IMG/VR virus record: IMGVR_UViG_3300046804_004738
Location: 32,001-96,000 of that record
Origin: a virus
Reading direction: 5' to 3' (one strand)
DNA length: 64,000 bases
Below, in pieces: positions 1-10,350 of the stretch (position 1 is its first letter; the number at the start of each line of letters is the position of its first letter). The translations under genes and the position numbers were made by a program. Below the pieces are notes generated by a model. The model searched no databases. It was not told where the DNA came from and saw only the letters and a list, made by a program, of their open reading frames with translations.

Positions 1-72
1 TGTTGATAATGAAATTTATGAGCAACTAAGATGGGATAGTAATGTGTATAAATTTAAGGGCGGTTACTGTGT

Positions 73-912
73 ATGAAAATAGCAATTACAAGTGATGTGC
101 ATTTAGAGTTCGGTGATTTGGACTTAACCAATGATGAAAACGCAGATGTATTAATCCTTGGCGGTGACATTTTTATTGCTGATGAACTAAGAGGCTTCAC
201 TACTGATGAAGATGGTTTACTTGTCGCTGCAACATCAAGTGTCCGTGCAAGAGCAGAACGCTATGTAAATTTTGTAACACGTTGCTCCGAAAGCTTTAAA
301 CATGTTATCCTAATTATGGGTAACCACGAACACTATCACGGAGATTTTGCACAAAGTGCAAATACGATCCGTGGTACATTTGGTGATTTACACAATGTCT
401 ATTTCTTAGACAAAGAATGGCGTATCATTAATGGCGTTTTATTCTACGGTGGCACACTATGGACTGACATGAACGGTGAAAATGTTGACACAATGCACCG
501 CATTCGTTTTATGATGAATGACTTTAATTGTGTTAAGAATACTACCGAAGATGGTAAAACGGTGTTCATGCCAGAGGATGCAGTAGAAGATCACTTTGCA
601 TTTCGTCGTGGTCTTGACGATGTATTGGCATTACACCCAGACTTACCTGTTGTAGTAGTTGGTCATCATGCACCAAGCAAGGCAAGTACACATCCACGTT
701 ATAAGAATGAAATTGTAATGAATGGTGCATATAGCAGCAGTTTAGACAATTACATCTTAGACCGTAGACAAATTAAACTTTGGACCCATGGTCACACTCA
801 TGAGGATTTTGATTACATGATTGGTACTACTCGCATTGTATGTAACCCACGTGGTTATATTAATTACGAAGCAAAGGCTGATGATTTTAAACTTAAATAT
901 GTGGAGGTTTAA
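73..912 (+). CDS. Calcineurin-like metallophosphoesterase
   Basis: Motifs DVH, GGD, GNHE, GHH, HGHTH. Confidence 0.9.
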   Translation: MKIAITSDVHLEFGDLDLTNDENADVLILGGDIFIADELRGFTTDEDGLLVAATSSVRARAERYVNFVTRCSESFKHVILIMGNHEHYHGDFAQSANTIRGTFGDLHNVYFLDKEWRIINGVLFYGGTLWTDMNGENVDTMHRIRFMMNDFNCVKNTTEDGKTVFMPEDAVEDHFAFRRGLDDVLALHPDLPVVVVGHHAPSKASTHPRYKNEIVMNGAYSSSLDNYILDRRQIKLWTHGHTHEDFDYMIGTTRIVCNPRGYINYEAKADDFKLKYVEV

Positions 913-1062
913 ATGAGTTTTGTTCTATATGTTTTTATGTTGGTAGGCAATGAGTATAATTGGATTCCAAATGGAGAATTTGAAAATGCTCTGTTATGTA
1001 CAATGGCTGGAAATGAACTTTATAGAAAAGAAAGGTTCAAATGTATACAGACTAGATTATAA
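913..1062 (+). CDS. Small hypothetical protein (49 aa, not in ORF track)
   Basis: ATG directly after upstream stop, GGAGG RBS; MSFVLYVFMLVGNEYNW... Confidence 0.5.
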   Translation: MSFVLYVFMLVGNEYNWIPNGEFENALLCTMAGNELYRKERFKCIQTRL

Positions 1063-1131
1063 CTCTTATAGTGTATTAAATTACTCAACTATTTGTTTTA
1101 AATAGTTGAGTAAAGGAGTTCAATACATAAA

Positions 1132-1353
1132 ATGTCTGATAATGATGAAATAAAAGCAAATTTAAAAAAATTCAAAAAGAAAGCAAAAATAACAGTTCCA
1201 GCAGATTTTTTAGACGGCGCAAAAAGTTATGATGATAAATTAGCTATAGTAAAAGTACTTACAGAAAAAGAAAAAGGTAGGGTAATGTTAATTATTAAAA
1301 AAATGATTGCAGCTGGAATGGAAGAATCCAAAAAGAAAAAAGGACTAAAATGA
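1132..1353 (+). CDS. Hypothetical basic protein
   Basis: ORF with AAGGAG upstream. Confidence 0.6.
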   Translation: MSDNDEIKANLKKFKKKAKITVPADFLDGAKSYDDKLAIVKVLTEKEKGRVMLIIKKMIAAGMEESKKKKGLK

Positions 1354-1898
1354 CTAAAGTTTTTCGTATTACACCTTTAGAGAAAAAAAATGTTGAAGTT
1401 TGTTTTGATGTTTTTGAGGAAACAGATGAAGGTACGATAAGGAGCTGGCATGTAGAAGAACTTTATAGATGGGGTTTAGGATTTAGGCATTTAGACAATC
1501 CTATTAGTGAATGGGAATTAAAAAGTAATGCTATTAATTGCGATACCGATGCTGGTTCTGGGGCAGAACTAGATGACCTAATAAATGTAAGTTTTAACTT
1601 TGATGCATCTTTTTCTGAAGAAGAAAAAAGAGAAATAGAAAATCTTTGGTATGAAGGTGGTGCAGGTTGGTTGTATGATGGTGAACATAATTGGCAAGTA
1701 GATTATGATTCTTTGGTTGTTTATGGGCCTGTCAAAATTGACCTAATTGATGATATTACTAATGAAATTTTTGAAGAAAATATTCAACCAACAAGTGAAG
1801 GCGCTCCAATGGACTGGCAAACCATTAGTGACCAAGAAGTAGCTGTTTGGCCCTTCCCTACACAAAAAAACTTTGGTGAAACTGATAAAAACAGTTAA
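1350..1898 (+). CDS. Hypothetical acidic protein
   Basis: 182-aa ORF overlapping upstream stop. Confidence 0.7.
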   Translation: MTKVFRITPLEKKNVEVCFDVFEETDEGTIRSWHVEELYRWGLGFRHLDNPISEWELKSNAINCDTDAGSGAELDDLINVSFNFDASFSEEEKREIENLWYEGGAGWLYDGEHNWQVDYDSLVVYGPVKIDLIDDITNEIFEENIQPTSEGAPMDWQTISDQEVAVWPFPTQKNFGETDKNS

Positions 1899-1981
1899 CC
1901 AAAATCAGTTGCAACATCTGTAATCTGTGTTATAATGTTATTACGTTGAGCAATCAGCGACATTTTTTATAAGGAAAATAT

Positions 1982-2236
1982 ATGTTGAAAAGCAAACAAG
2001 AACGCCTCCTTGAGGCATTTCAAAAGGGTGAGCAAATGACAGCAGCGCAAATTAAACAGCGTTTTAGTATTGCAAACCCAACTGCAACAGTAAGTGACCT
2101 TCGCTACGAAGGCTTTGCTATCTATGCAAACAAGCATACTGACACCAAAGGTCGCACTACGACTAAGTATCGTTTAGGTAATCCTAGTCGTGAAATAGTT
2201 GCAGCGGGCTATCGTGCTTTAGCACTTGGCCTATAA
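1982..2236 (+). CDS. Winged-HTH-like DNA-binding protein
   Basis: MTAAQIKQRFSIANPTATVSDLR helix-turn-helix pattern; TTGCAA-17-TATAAT promoter and AAGGA RBS upstream. Confidence 0.65.
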   Translation: MLKSKQERLLEAFQKGEQMTAAQIKQRFSIANPTATVSDLRYEGFAIYANKHTDTKGRTTTKYRLGNPSREIVAAGYRALALGL

Positions 2237-2265
2237 AACGTTCAGCTAGTCACTGGCGCAGTTTT

Positions 2266-2300
2266 GGTAGCTCTGTTTAAAAGCTACCTTTTATTTTTTT
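2266..2300 (+). terminator. Rho-independent terminator
   Basis: GGTAGCT/AGCTACC stem followed by T-run. Confidence 0.7.
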
Positions 2301-2306
2301 AGGCGT

Positions 2307-2807
2307 ATGAATATTTTTCACAAGTTAATGAATAAATTTGGTAGGTACAGATTGATCCCTGACCGTAAAACGGGAGCGGATTATATGCACCGTTATTACT
2401 TACTGTGTAAAAATAGAAGCTGGTTTCCATTTAACATTACGTTACATAAAATTGTAAGGAGTGATGATCCAATATTTCATGATCATCCATGGCCATACAT
2501 GACAGTTGTACTTAAAGGTGGATATTGGGAACATGTACCATTATACAATAATGACGGATCTATTTTTGGGGAAGTAGCAAAATGGCGAGGACCAGGCAGT
2601 ATAATTAAACGTAAGTCCACAGACATGCATTGGTTAGAATTAGATGCAGGTAAACCAGCTACAACACTTTTTTTCATGGGGAAACAAGAACGTGAATGGG
2701 GATTTCTTGTAAGAATACGTCAGTCTAAGACACGTTGGATTCACTATAAAACATATTTACAAGATTGGCAAAAGTATCATAACAAATACGTTGTAAATAA
2801 TAAATAA
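2307..2807 (+). CDS. Cupin-like phage protein
   Basis: HDHPW...GGYWE...H cupin metal motif. Confidence 0.7.
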   Translation: MNIFHKLMNKFGRYRLIPDRKTGADYMHRYYLLCKNRSWFPFNITLHKIVRSDDPIFHDHPWPYMTVVLKGGYWEHVPLYNNDGSIFGEVAKWRGPGSIIKRKSTDMHWLELDAGKPATTLFFMGKQEREWGFLVRIRQSKTRWIHYKTYLQDWQKYHNKYVVNNK

Positions 2808-2823
2808 TCAAAAGGGACATCAA

Positions 2824-3183
2824 ATGTTTGAGTTTTTTGTTTTTATTTTATTTGGTATGTTTATGTTTAATATGGGCAGGGCATATCAATTATTCGAAAC
2901 ACGAAAATTTGTTAGACGTATAGCAAATGAAAATGGTATAGATATAGAAAAAATACTCACGGCTCAACTAGAAGAAAAGGAAATAGTTCCAATTCATACA
3001 GAAACAATTGATGGAACGATCCTTTTATATAATGCAGATACAAATGAATTTTTAGGTCAAGCCCAAACACTTGATGAAGCGGCGCAAGTCTTTAATCAAC
3101 GAAGTAAAAATACTAACGCAGAAGTTGTTCACAATGAAAATAAGTTTTTCTTTGTAGACGGTAAACTAACTAAAACATTATGA
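2824..3183 (+). CDS. Hypothetical membrane-anchored protein
   Basis: N-terminal hydrophobic helix. Confidence 0.65.
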   Translation: MFEFFVFILFGMFMFNMGRAYQLFETRKFVRRIANENGIDIEKILTAQLEEKEIVPIHTETIDGTILLYNADTNEFLGQAQTLDEAAQVFNQRSKNTNAEVVHNENKFFFVDGKLTKTL

Positions 3184-3713
3184 AAGTACATATAGGTCCA
3201 TATCCTAGAGGTATGGGAGAACGCAAGGTAGATATAACCATCGACGGGTACGATACTTGGAGTATGTACAACAATTTAGCATTAATCATTTATCCAATGC
3301 TTGTGCAACTAAAAGAAACTAAACATGGTGTACCTGGTGACTTTGCAGAGGTTGGGGGTGACAATCACAGTAGTCAAGATAGCTTTGATTTTTACAAAGA
3401 TACAAATAGAGAATGTTTTGATGAATCATGCAAACGTTGGGATGAAATACTTGATAAAATGATTTGGAGTTTTGGTCAACTAATTGACGAAGATTATGAT
3501 GCAAAATATCATCATGGTGAGGCTAAATTTGAATTTGTTGATACTGAACCTATGTTAAATCCAATAACTAACAAGATGGAAGTCATGCACCAAATGGTAG
3601 ATATAAACCCAGATGATCATTGGTACGATCATGAAGGTCACATGGTTCATGAAGATAGAATTCAAGAAGGTATTAATTTATTTGCAAAATATTTTCGTAA
3701 TCTTTGGGACTGA
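3180..3713 (+). CDS. Hypothetical phage protein
   Basis: DTWSM..LA.II.PML..LK and LF.KYFRNLWD segments recall T4-like phage hypotheticals. Confidence 0.7.
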   Translation: MKVHIGPYPRGMGERKVDITIDGYDTWSMYNNLALIIYPMLVQLKETKHGVPGDFAEVGGDNHSSQDSFDFYKDTNRECFDESCKRWDEILDKMIWSFGQLIDEDYDAKYHHGEAKFEFVDTEPMLNPITNKMEVMHQMVDINPDDHWYDHEGHMVHEDRIQEGINLFAKYFRNLWD

Positions 3714-3725
3714 TAGATACTCATT

Positions 3726-4577
3726 ATGGTTACACCTTTAAATTTTAATAGACATATCATGTTCAGTGACACAGCTGGGCATACAATTGACTTTGATAAA
3801 TCATTTGATTTTTTTAAAAAATGGGATGAGTATACATTAACAGTTGATTCTAATAAAGGCCCATTAACTTTGCGGTGGAAAAATTTACAGACACTGGCTG
3901 CTAACTGGTTTGTTCAAACAGGATCATTAACAGGTCAACCTGTATTACAAAATTTCTTTGAATTTTTTCCTATGTGGGTTAAATGGAACTGGTGGAATTT
4001 CAGCGAAAGAGGTATATACGATCTTCCTAATGATTCAGTTGTAATTGATATTGGAGCAGGAAATAGTGTTCTTGATTTGTTATTGTCGCAATACAATCCT
4101 ACTGCTAAGTTTATTTTAGTAGATAGAAATGAGTTTATAAACACAGAGGCGCAACCAAAATATCCTACTCCAGACAGTCCTTGCTGGCAGCATTCATGGA
4201 GTGTGGTGAATGATGCAATAGATGCATCAGGCATTGAGTCAAATAGATTTACTTTTTTGGATGTTGAAGATCCATGGAACGTTGAGGCTGATTTAATTAC
4301 ATCTCATTTAGCCTGGTGTATGCATTTTCCAAAAGAGGTTTACTGGGATAGAATGTTATCAAGTTTAAAAATTGGTGGCAGATTAGTACTAGATATTAAC
4401 ATAAGTTGGGAACAAGAATATTTGGATGAAATTAGTGATGCATTAAATTGCAGACATACAGTAATTACATCTTTTCCAAACAAACCTATACCTAATTCTC
4501 ATCTACCAGTCAACCAACCTAATAGAGATAAACTTAACGTTGCTGGTTACCGTTGTTCTTGGACAAGACATAAATGA
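3726..4577 (+). CDS. Class I SAM-dependent methyltransferase
   Basis: VIDIGAGNS motif I; LKIGGRLVL. Confidence 0.75.
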   Translation: MVTPLNFNRHIMFSDTAGHTIDFDKSFDFFKKWDEYTLTVDSNKGPLTLRWKNLQTLAANWFVQTGSLTGQPVLQNFFEFFPMWVKWNWWNFSERGIYDLPNDSVVIDIGAGNSVLDLLLSQYNPTAKFILVDRNEFINTEAQPKYPTPDSPCWQHSWSVVNDAIDASGIESNRFTFLDVEDPWNVEADLITSHLAWCMHFPKEVYWDRMLSSLKIGGRLVLDINISWEQEYLDEISDALNCRHTVITSFPNKPIPNSHLPVNQPNRDKLNVAGYRCSWTRHK

Positions 4578-5698
4578 ATGACACCTTGTGTAAGTTTGCA
4601 TGGTCAGGAATTACAAGTACAATTATAAACACATTTCGACCTTGTTGTAGATTTCCACTTGATGATGATAACCAATATCCTACTACAGAACAAATTATTA
4701 ATACAGGTGAAGTAGCGTTTAACAACAATTTTCTTATTCAATTAAGAAAAGATATGTTAAACGGGATACCTAGAAACGAATGTAAAAAATGTTATGTAGA
4801 GGAACATTCTAATACAAAAAGTATGAGGCAAAAAGCTAATGAACTATTATTAGCGGAAGCTAAAGATGTTCGTTTTGAAAAATTAGAATTTCTCGAAATT
4901 AGTTTAGATAATATTTGTAATTTGGAGTGTAGAATGTGTTCAAGTAGATTCAGCACAAAACTTCAAATGAGAGATAGATATTTAAATGAAAATGGAATAA
5001 CTGGTTATTCACCAAATAACATCACACACAAAACTCTTGATTTAATGGATTCTCTTGATTTAAGTCACTTGAGAATGATAAAATTGTTGGGAGGAGAACC
5101 ATTAATTAGCCCTAACTTTTTTAAATTTTTAGACAAAATTCCTCAGCCTCAAAATGTAAATTTACTTATAATAACCAATGCTACAAGCATTCCGTCAAAG
5201 AAAACATTAGATAAACTAATGGACTTTAAATCAATAAGATTTGATTTTAGTATAGACGGCATTTACGGATATAATGATTATCAAAGAGTTGGTAGTAATT
5301 TTGAAACTATTATCGCAAACGTTTTAGAATTGTCAAAACTATCATCCGAAGAACACAGTGTACATTCAGTATATAGTTCACTTAATATATTAGGATTGGA
5401 TGCTAGCACGAAATGGTTTTATAATAATTTACCATTTAGAACCACTATTGATATTGTAAAAAACAATATACTTTCTCCATTTATAGCTCCAAAATGGTAT
5501 GTAGACGAAATTTTAAATCGTGTATCGGACACAAATCCCTACAGGAATTTTATTGTAAATATGTTTAATGAGTATCACACATTTGACGAAAACAAATGGA
5601 ATGAATTTTTAAAATTTGTGACTTTAACTGACCAAATGTATAAAACTGATATCAACAACATAAACCCAATTTTAGGAAAAGTTATACAAAATATTTAA
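4574..5698 (+). CDS. Radical SAM protein with N-terminal twitch/SPASM-like Cys domain
   Basis: CNLECRMC, GGEP, SIDG; N-terminal C...PCC...CKKC. Confidence 0.88.
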   Translation: MNDTLCKFAWSGITSTIINTFRPCCRFPLDDDNQYPTTEQIINTGEVAFNNNFLIQLRKDMLNGIPRNECKKCYVEEHSNTKSMRQKANELLLAEAKDVRFEKLEFLEISLDNICNLECRMCSSRFSTKLQMRDRYLNENGITGYSPNNITHKTLDLMDSLDLSHLRMIKLLGGEPLISPNFFKFLDKIPQPQNVNLLIITNATSIPSKKTLDKLMDFKSIRFDFSIDGIYGYNDYQRVGSNFETIIANVLELSKLSSEEHSVHSVYSSLNILGLDASTKWFYNNLPFRTTIDIVKNNILSPFIAPKWYVDEILNRVSDTNPYRNFIVNMFNEYHTFDENKWNEFLKFVTLTDQMYKTDINNINPILGKVIQNI

Positions 5699-5724
5699 AT
5701 TATTTTTATGATTGATAGATACAT

Positions 5725-6177
5725 ATGAAAGAAAAATTTATAAATTTATACATGGATTGGGCTAAGAGGGTTGCTCAATTAAGTCACGCAAGACGTTTAC
5801 AAGTAGGAGCAGTTATAGTAAAAGACGATTGTGTAATCAGTTACGGGTACAATGGCATGCCAGCAGGTTGGGATAACAACTGTGAACATGAAATGAAATG
5901 GCCAAACGGTGAAATTAGATTTTTAGAAACAAAGTCGGAGGTATTACATGCTGAAAGTAACGCAATTTCAAAACTTGCAAAATCTTCTAATAGTGGGCTG
6001 GGTAGTACAATGTTTGTTACTCACAGTCCTTGTCTTGAGTGTGCCAAACTTATATATCAAAGTGGCATTACTAATATATATTATAATGCAGATTATAGAA
6101 ATAATGACGGTGTTGAATTTCTCAAAAAGTCAGGAGTAAATGTTGTTAGATCAATCGAATCAATTATACCAAACTAA
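5725..6177 (+). CDS. dCMP deaminase
   Basis: GYNG, HAESNAI, SPCLECAK. Confidence 0.92.
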   Translation: MKEKFINLYMDWAKRVAQLSHARRLQVGAVIVKDDCVISYGYNGMPAGWDNNCEHEMKWPNGEIRFLETKSEVLHAESNAISKLAKSSNSGLGSTMFVTHSPCLECAKLIYQSGITNIYYNADYRNNDGVEFLKKSGVNVVRSIESIIPN

Positions 6178-6352
6178 AATAGAATTAGAATATGGTCAAC
6201 TTAGACCAGCTATGGATTGGTGTCACAGAAATTGCACTGACAAATGGTTTGTATCGGAATCAACTGACTATGTAGAACAATTCAATGGCAATTATAAATT
6301 TTTTTTTGAATCAGAGCGTGATTATATTAATTTTTTAGTTTGGAAAAAATGA
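6140..6352 (+). CDS. Hypothetical protein
   Basis: W-C..NC..KW...FFFE..DY..F pattern. Confidence 0.55.
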   Translation: MLLDQSNQLYQTKIELEYGQLRPAMDWCHRNCTDKWFVSESTDYVEQFNGNYKFFFESERDYINFLVWKK

Positions 6353-6600
6353 GTTACATTATTTTTCGTCGTGAATCGGATAACTTTGATGACATAATTA
6401 AAGATCCATCACTCAAAAAGTGGTTAAAATTTAAAGTAAAATTTAAACAAGGCCTTATTATTAAAAGACCTTATAAGGATGAAATCATAAGTTACATAGA
6501 ATTAAAGTATGGAGAATCAATAGTTAATAATATTGTTCCTGACCGTACTCCTATTATTAACGTGGATTACTTACCAAAGGTTGACAAGAGAAACCGTTAA
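6340..6600 (+). CDS. Hypothetical protein
   Basis: ORF in operon context. Confidence 0.55.
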   Translation: MEKMSYIIFRRESDNFDDIIKDPSLKKWLKFKVKFKQGLIIKRPYKDEIISYIELKYGESIVNNIVPDRTPIINVDYLPKVDKRNR

Positions 6601-6687
6601 TTTGCATATCTGTCAAATAAGCAGGTAAATAATAATAAAACAATGCTGTTCTAACAAAAGATTCTACATATATATCAATTATCCAAT

Positions 6688-6999
6688 TCATATTCCTTCT
6701 CCTTCTTTAAGAAGAATCACAATATCTGTTCCAATTGCAAGAACACAAGATGTATCTCCGTGACTATCTAAAATAGTAAAAGTTTCAGTAGCTGGATTTC
6801 CCCATACACTAATTGTGCTTCTAACACTATTAAGATTTTTTCCTGCAAGTATGGGAATTTCTTTAAACTTTTCTTTAAGTTGTGATATAATTACTTCTGT
6901 TTTGTCACAAACTACTCTCACACCTCGAACATCTTCTGCGTGTGAACTTGTGGCAATTAGAGTTAATAACAACAAAATTTTTTTCATGGCTGTACCCAA
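6688..6999 (-). CDS. Hypothetical secreted protein
   Basis: Signal peptide MKKILLLLTLIATSSHA; Cys pair. Confidence 0.6.
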   Translation of the reverse strand: MGTAMKKILLLLTLIATSSHAEDVRGVRVVCDKTEVIISQLKEKFKEIPILAGKNLNSVRSTISVWGNPATETFTILDSHGDTSCVLAIGTDIVILLKEGEGI

Positions 7000-7148
7000 T
7001 CTTTATAAAAATTATACATAATAGAAAATCCAACCAATAATAAAATTGCTATAACTCTAACTAGTGTGAATATTTCAAACAGTAAAACTATAGGTATGTA
7101 ATTTCCTAATTTTTTAATACAATTACACATATTGTATATATCAAAGAA

Positions 7149-7586
7149 TTATAGGTATTCAATACATACTTTTTTGTAAACTGCATTTCTAGCAGTATTA
7201 GGAGTCATAAGTTCAGATTTAAATTCACCAATTTCATAACTTTCAGAATAAACAACTTTATTTTTTTCATTGGTAAACACATCACTAAAAAGATTCATAA
7301 CACGTAAGTCACAATCAAGCATACCATAATTGTATATTCTTTTTACAGAATATCCAAGTTCAGCATATTTAAGTCCATCAGGAGTTATGTACTCAACCAT
7401 CGTGTGAACCAAATACTGTTCAGGTCCAACTTTGAGTACACCACTTCTTATATAGAAATGATATACATCATTTTGATAAATTTTTTCATATTTTGAAATA
7501 TCTTCAATATAGTTCCCATTAGCCGTATCAGATGCACATAAGAAAGGTGTGAGGACCACTAATAAAACTGCAAGTAATTTTTTCAT
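7149..7586 (-). CDS. Hypothetical secreted protein
   Basis: Signal peptide; AAGGA RBS. Confidence 0.65.
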   Translation of the reverse strand: MKKLLAVLLVVLTPFLCASDTANGNYIEDISKYEKIYQNDVYHFYIRSGVLKVGPEQYLVHTMVEYITPDGLKYAELGYSVKRIYNYGMLDCDLRVMNLFSDVFTNEKNKVVYSESYEIGEFKSELMTPNTARNAVYKKVCIEYL

Positions 7587-7830
7587 AAATTTCCTTAATT
7601 TTTATCTTGAGTGGGCTGAGATAATTTGACTTGATCTTTATTAGGATTTATTGGGATAATGGGTGTGTGTGGACTTTTAGGATTAGTCTGTTTTTCTTCA
7701 GATTTTACATGAATCAGATTTGCTAAGGCCTGCTTCAATTTTCACTCCAAAATGGATATGTCCATTTGATAAATATAAAAGTATTTAAAGTTTTAAATTT
7801 ACCGATATAGCTACATATTAAGGAGATAAC

Positions 7831-7974
7831 ATGGCTAAGGCAAAAACTACTACAACTGCAAGAGCGCACACTAGTGTCGTTAAAACCACAAAACAAGGTG
7901 GCAAAATTAAGACAAGTAGCATGAACAAGGATGAACGCAAGTCATATAAAAAATACAGGGGTCAAGGTCGTTAG
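7831..7974 (+). CDS. Small basic protein ending KKYRGQGR (47 aa, not in ORF track)
   Basis: AAGGAG RBS; MAKAKTTTTARAH...SYKKYRGQGR. Confidence 0.75.
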   Translation: MAKAKTTTTARAHTSVVKTTKQGGKIKTSSMNKDERKSYKKYRGQGR

Positions 7975-8204
7975 TGAACGATTTTGTTCAAACTAAGGTG
8001 AATTTAGTGCTTTTTGACGAATACATTTGGGATTTAAGCGATTCGGGAATTATCTTAGATAATAGATTTGAAGTAGAAAAATTAGGTTGGAAACCGGGCG
8101 ATTATTTTAAATTAGTTTTGACTGATTCTGGATTAAAACTAATAAAAATAGATGACTTAGAAAAATTTATAATAAAGGGAAAAAACCATGAAACAAATGA
8201 TTGA
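7974..8204 (+). CDS. Hypothetical AbrB-like small protein
   Basis: LGWKPGD motif. Confidence 0.5.
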   Translation: MNDFVQTKVNLVLFDEYIWDLSDSGIILDNRFEVEKLGWKPGDYFKLVLTDSGLKLIKIDDLEKFIIKGKNHETND

Positions 8205-8745
8205 TAAAGTAACAGGTAAAGTATTAAGTAGAAGTGAAGCTGAGGCTAAAATTAAAGATAAAGCAGGTTGGGTAATCACAGTTATTGCGTTATTACTTGC
8301 TGTAAATACTTACATGGCAAACAGCTTTAGTAGTAAAGTTTTAAACAATACCATTGCAGCAAACAATGTTTGGGCTTTTTATCAAGCAAAAAGTATTAAA
8401 CAAGCACTAGCAGAACAAAATTTAGATGACGCTATTGTTCGCGGGGACAAAGCAAAAGCTGAAAAAATGAAAGCTAAAATTGAACGCTATGAAAGTGATC
8501 CTGAAAAGGGTGAAGGTAAGAAAGAATTAATGGCAAAAGCACAGAAGCTTGAGGCAGATCGTGACCTAGCTAAAAAGCATGGACCTTGGATGACATTTGC
8601 AGGTACAAGTTACCAATTAGCTATTGTTTTACTTTCAGCTAGTATACTTGCAGTAAGTATGAGTATGTTCTATGCTAGTATTGGTGTAAGTTTATTTGGC
8701 TTTTTACTAATGAGCCAAGGTATCTGGATGTGGATGCCAATATAA
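8188..8745 (+). CDS. DUF4337-like membrane protein
   Basis: TM helix, WAFYQAKSIK, coiled coil, two C-terminal TM helices. Confidence 0.7.
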   Translation: MKQMIDKVTGKVLSRSEAEAKIKDKAGWVITVIALLLAVNTYMANSFSSKVLNNTIAANNVWAFYQAKSIKQALAEQNLDDAIVRGDKAKAEKMKAKIERYESDPEKGEGKKELMAKAQKLEADRDLAKKHGPWMTFAGTSYQLAIVLLSASILAVSMSMFYASIGVSLFGFLLMSQGIWMWMPI

Positions 8746-8799
8746 AATAAAATAGTAGTACAATAATAAAAAGATCCCTTAAAGGGACGGTAGAAAAAA

Positions 8800-9579
8800 A
8801 TGGATCCATTAACGCTGTTTGCGCTTGCCAACGGGGCAGTCAAACTCGTCAAAGAGGGTTGCAAACTCTATAAGGACATCAAAGGAGCGGCTGGGGAAAT
8901 CAAAGATGTCCTCAACGACCTTGACGACCAATTTCATAAAAAATTCAAAGATCGACAACCAACCGTTGCGGAAAAAAATCAGTACGTCACTGAACGTAAT
9001 CGTGTCATCGAATTAAACAAAAAAGGTGGCGAGACTACAAACATCTACACAGAAATTGGTCAACAATTAGGTACCTACTACGACAATTATTACAAATGTC
9101 TAGCGGTTTTTGAAGAAGAGGAACGCCGCAGCAAAACAGAAGTATATCACGGTGAAGATAGTGTTGGTAAACGTGCATTACAGCGAGTATTGCTTAAAAA
9201 GCAACTACAGGCAATGGGTGATGAATTACGTGAGATTATGGTTTACCAAAGTCCACCAGAACTGGGTGCATTGTGGACTGAAGTAGAAGCCATGATGAAA
9301 ACTGTGGGCAAGGAGCAGGCAGGTGCAATCGCACTTGAAATGAAAAGGGAAAGAGAGAAGGCTAGAATAAGAGCAAGGAAAAATAAAATTTTCCGTTATA
9401 GATTGACATGTTGGTCTTTAACTAGTATAATATTGGTGTACTTAATATGGTTAATGTGGTCTATTGTCCAAATACGAATAGCGAACCAGCCTGAACTAGG
9501 TGTGTGCCTCATCCCTAAAGGAACTTGGCCCTATCAGCATTACAACAACTTGAAATGGGTCGATTGTGATCCTAAATAA
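8800..9579 (+). CDS. Hypothetical coiled-coil protein with C-terminal TM helix
   Basis: 259-aa ORF. Confidence 0.7.
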   Translation: MDPLTLFALANGAVKLVKEGCKLYKDIKGAAGEIKDVLNDLDDQFHKKFKDRQPTVAEKNQYVTERNRVIELNKKGGETTNIYTEIGQQLGTYYDNYYKCLAVFEEEERRSKTEVYHGEDSVGKRALQRVLLKKQLQAMGDELREIMVYQSPPELGALWTEVEAMMKTVGKEQAGAIALEMKREREKARIRARKNKIFRYRLTCWSLTSIILVYLIWLMWSIVQIRIANQPELGVCLIPKGTWPYQHYNNLKWVDCDPK

Positions 9580-9716
9580 ATACACTATGAAACTTTTTAT
9601 AATAACACTTTTTACAGTTCTACTGACAATAGCAATGAGAATGGGTGATCCATATGCCATGGGATTATGCATTATTGGATTTATGATTATGTTTTACTTT
9701 GTTGAAGATTCACAAA

Positions 9717-10325
9717 ATGAGACTTTTTGAAATAGATTCCCAGCAAAAAGAAGTTAAGAAAATGCCCCATCTATTTTTAGATATGGATGGGGTGCAAGCT
9801 GACTTCTTTACCCAATGGGCTCGTTGGTGGAGTTCCAAAATGAATGATCCTAATATACAATGGTATAAGGACATCGGGGACAAAGAACAGCGTGAAATTT
9901 CAATAGCAGCATTACAGGCGGAAGGGCCTGAATTTGTGTACGAATTCTTTGCTACCCTTCCTGTACTATCAGGTTGCAGTGAAATATTAAGCTGGATAAA
10001 TCAAAACAAAATTCCTTGCACTATCTTATCTGCTCCATTAAGATCACCAAAAGAAGATAAAAGGAAAGTAATTACTCAAGCTAGTATTGAGGGTAAGAAG
10101 TATTGGTTAGCAAATCATAATCCAAATATGCCAGCTATATTTGATGGCAACAAAGATCGTTATGCTACAAAAGGTGGCCAAGCAAACGTGCTAATTGACG
10201 ATCATAAAAAGTACATATCAGGTTGGGAAAATTCAGGTGGTATTGGAATATTACATCGCTGGAATAATACACAAGAAACGATTCAAAAACTAAACGACAT
10301 ATACGGACCCTATATAGATAAATAG
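9717..10325 (+). CDS. HAD-family 5'(3')-deoxyribonucleotidase (NT5C-like)
   Basis: FLDMDGV, ILSAP, K, LIDD motifs; start reassigned to MRLFEID. Confidence 0.8.
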   Translation: MRLFEIDSQQKEVKKMPHLFLDMDGVQADFFTQWARWWSSKMNDPNIQWYKDIGDKEQREISIAALQAEGPEFVYEFFATLPVLSGCSEILSWINQNKIPCTILSAPLRSPKEDKRKVITQASIEGKKYWLANHNPNMPAIFDGNKDRYATKGGQANVLIDDHKKYISGWENSGGIGILHRWNNTQETIQKLNDIYGPYIDK

Positions 10326-10350
10326 TATATTGCCCTTAACTGGATATACT

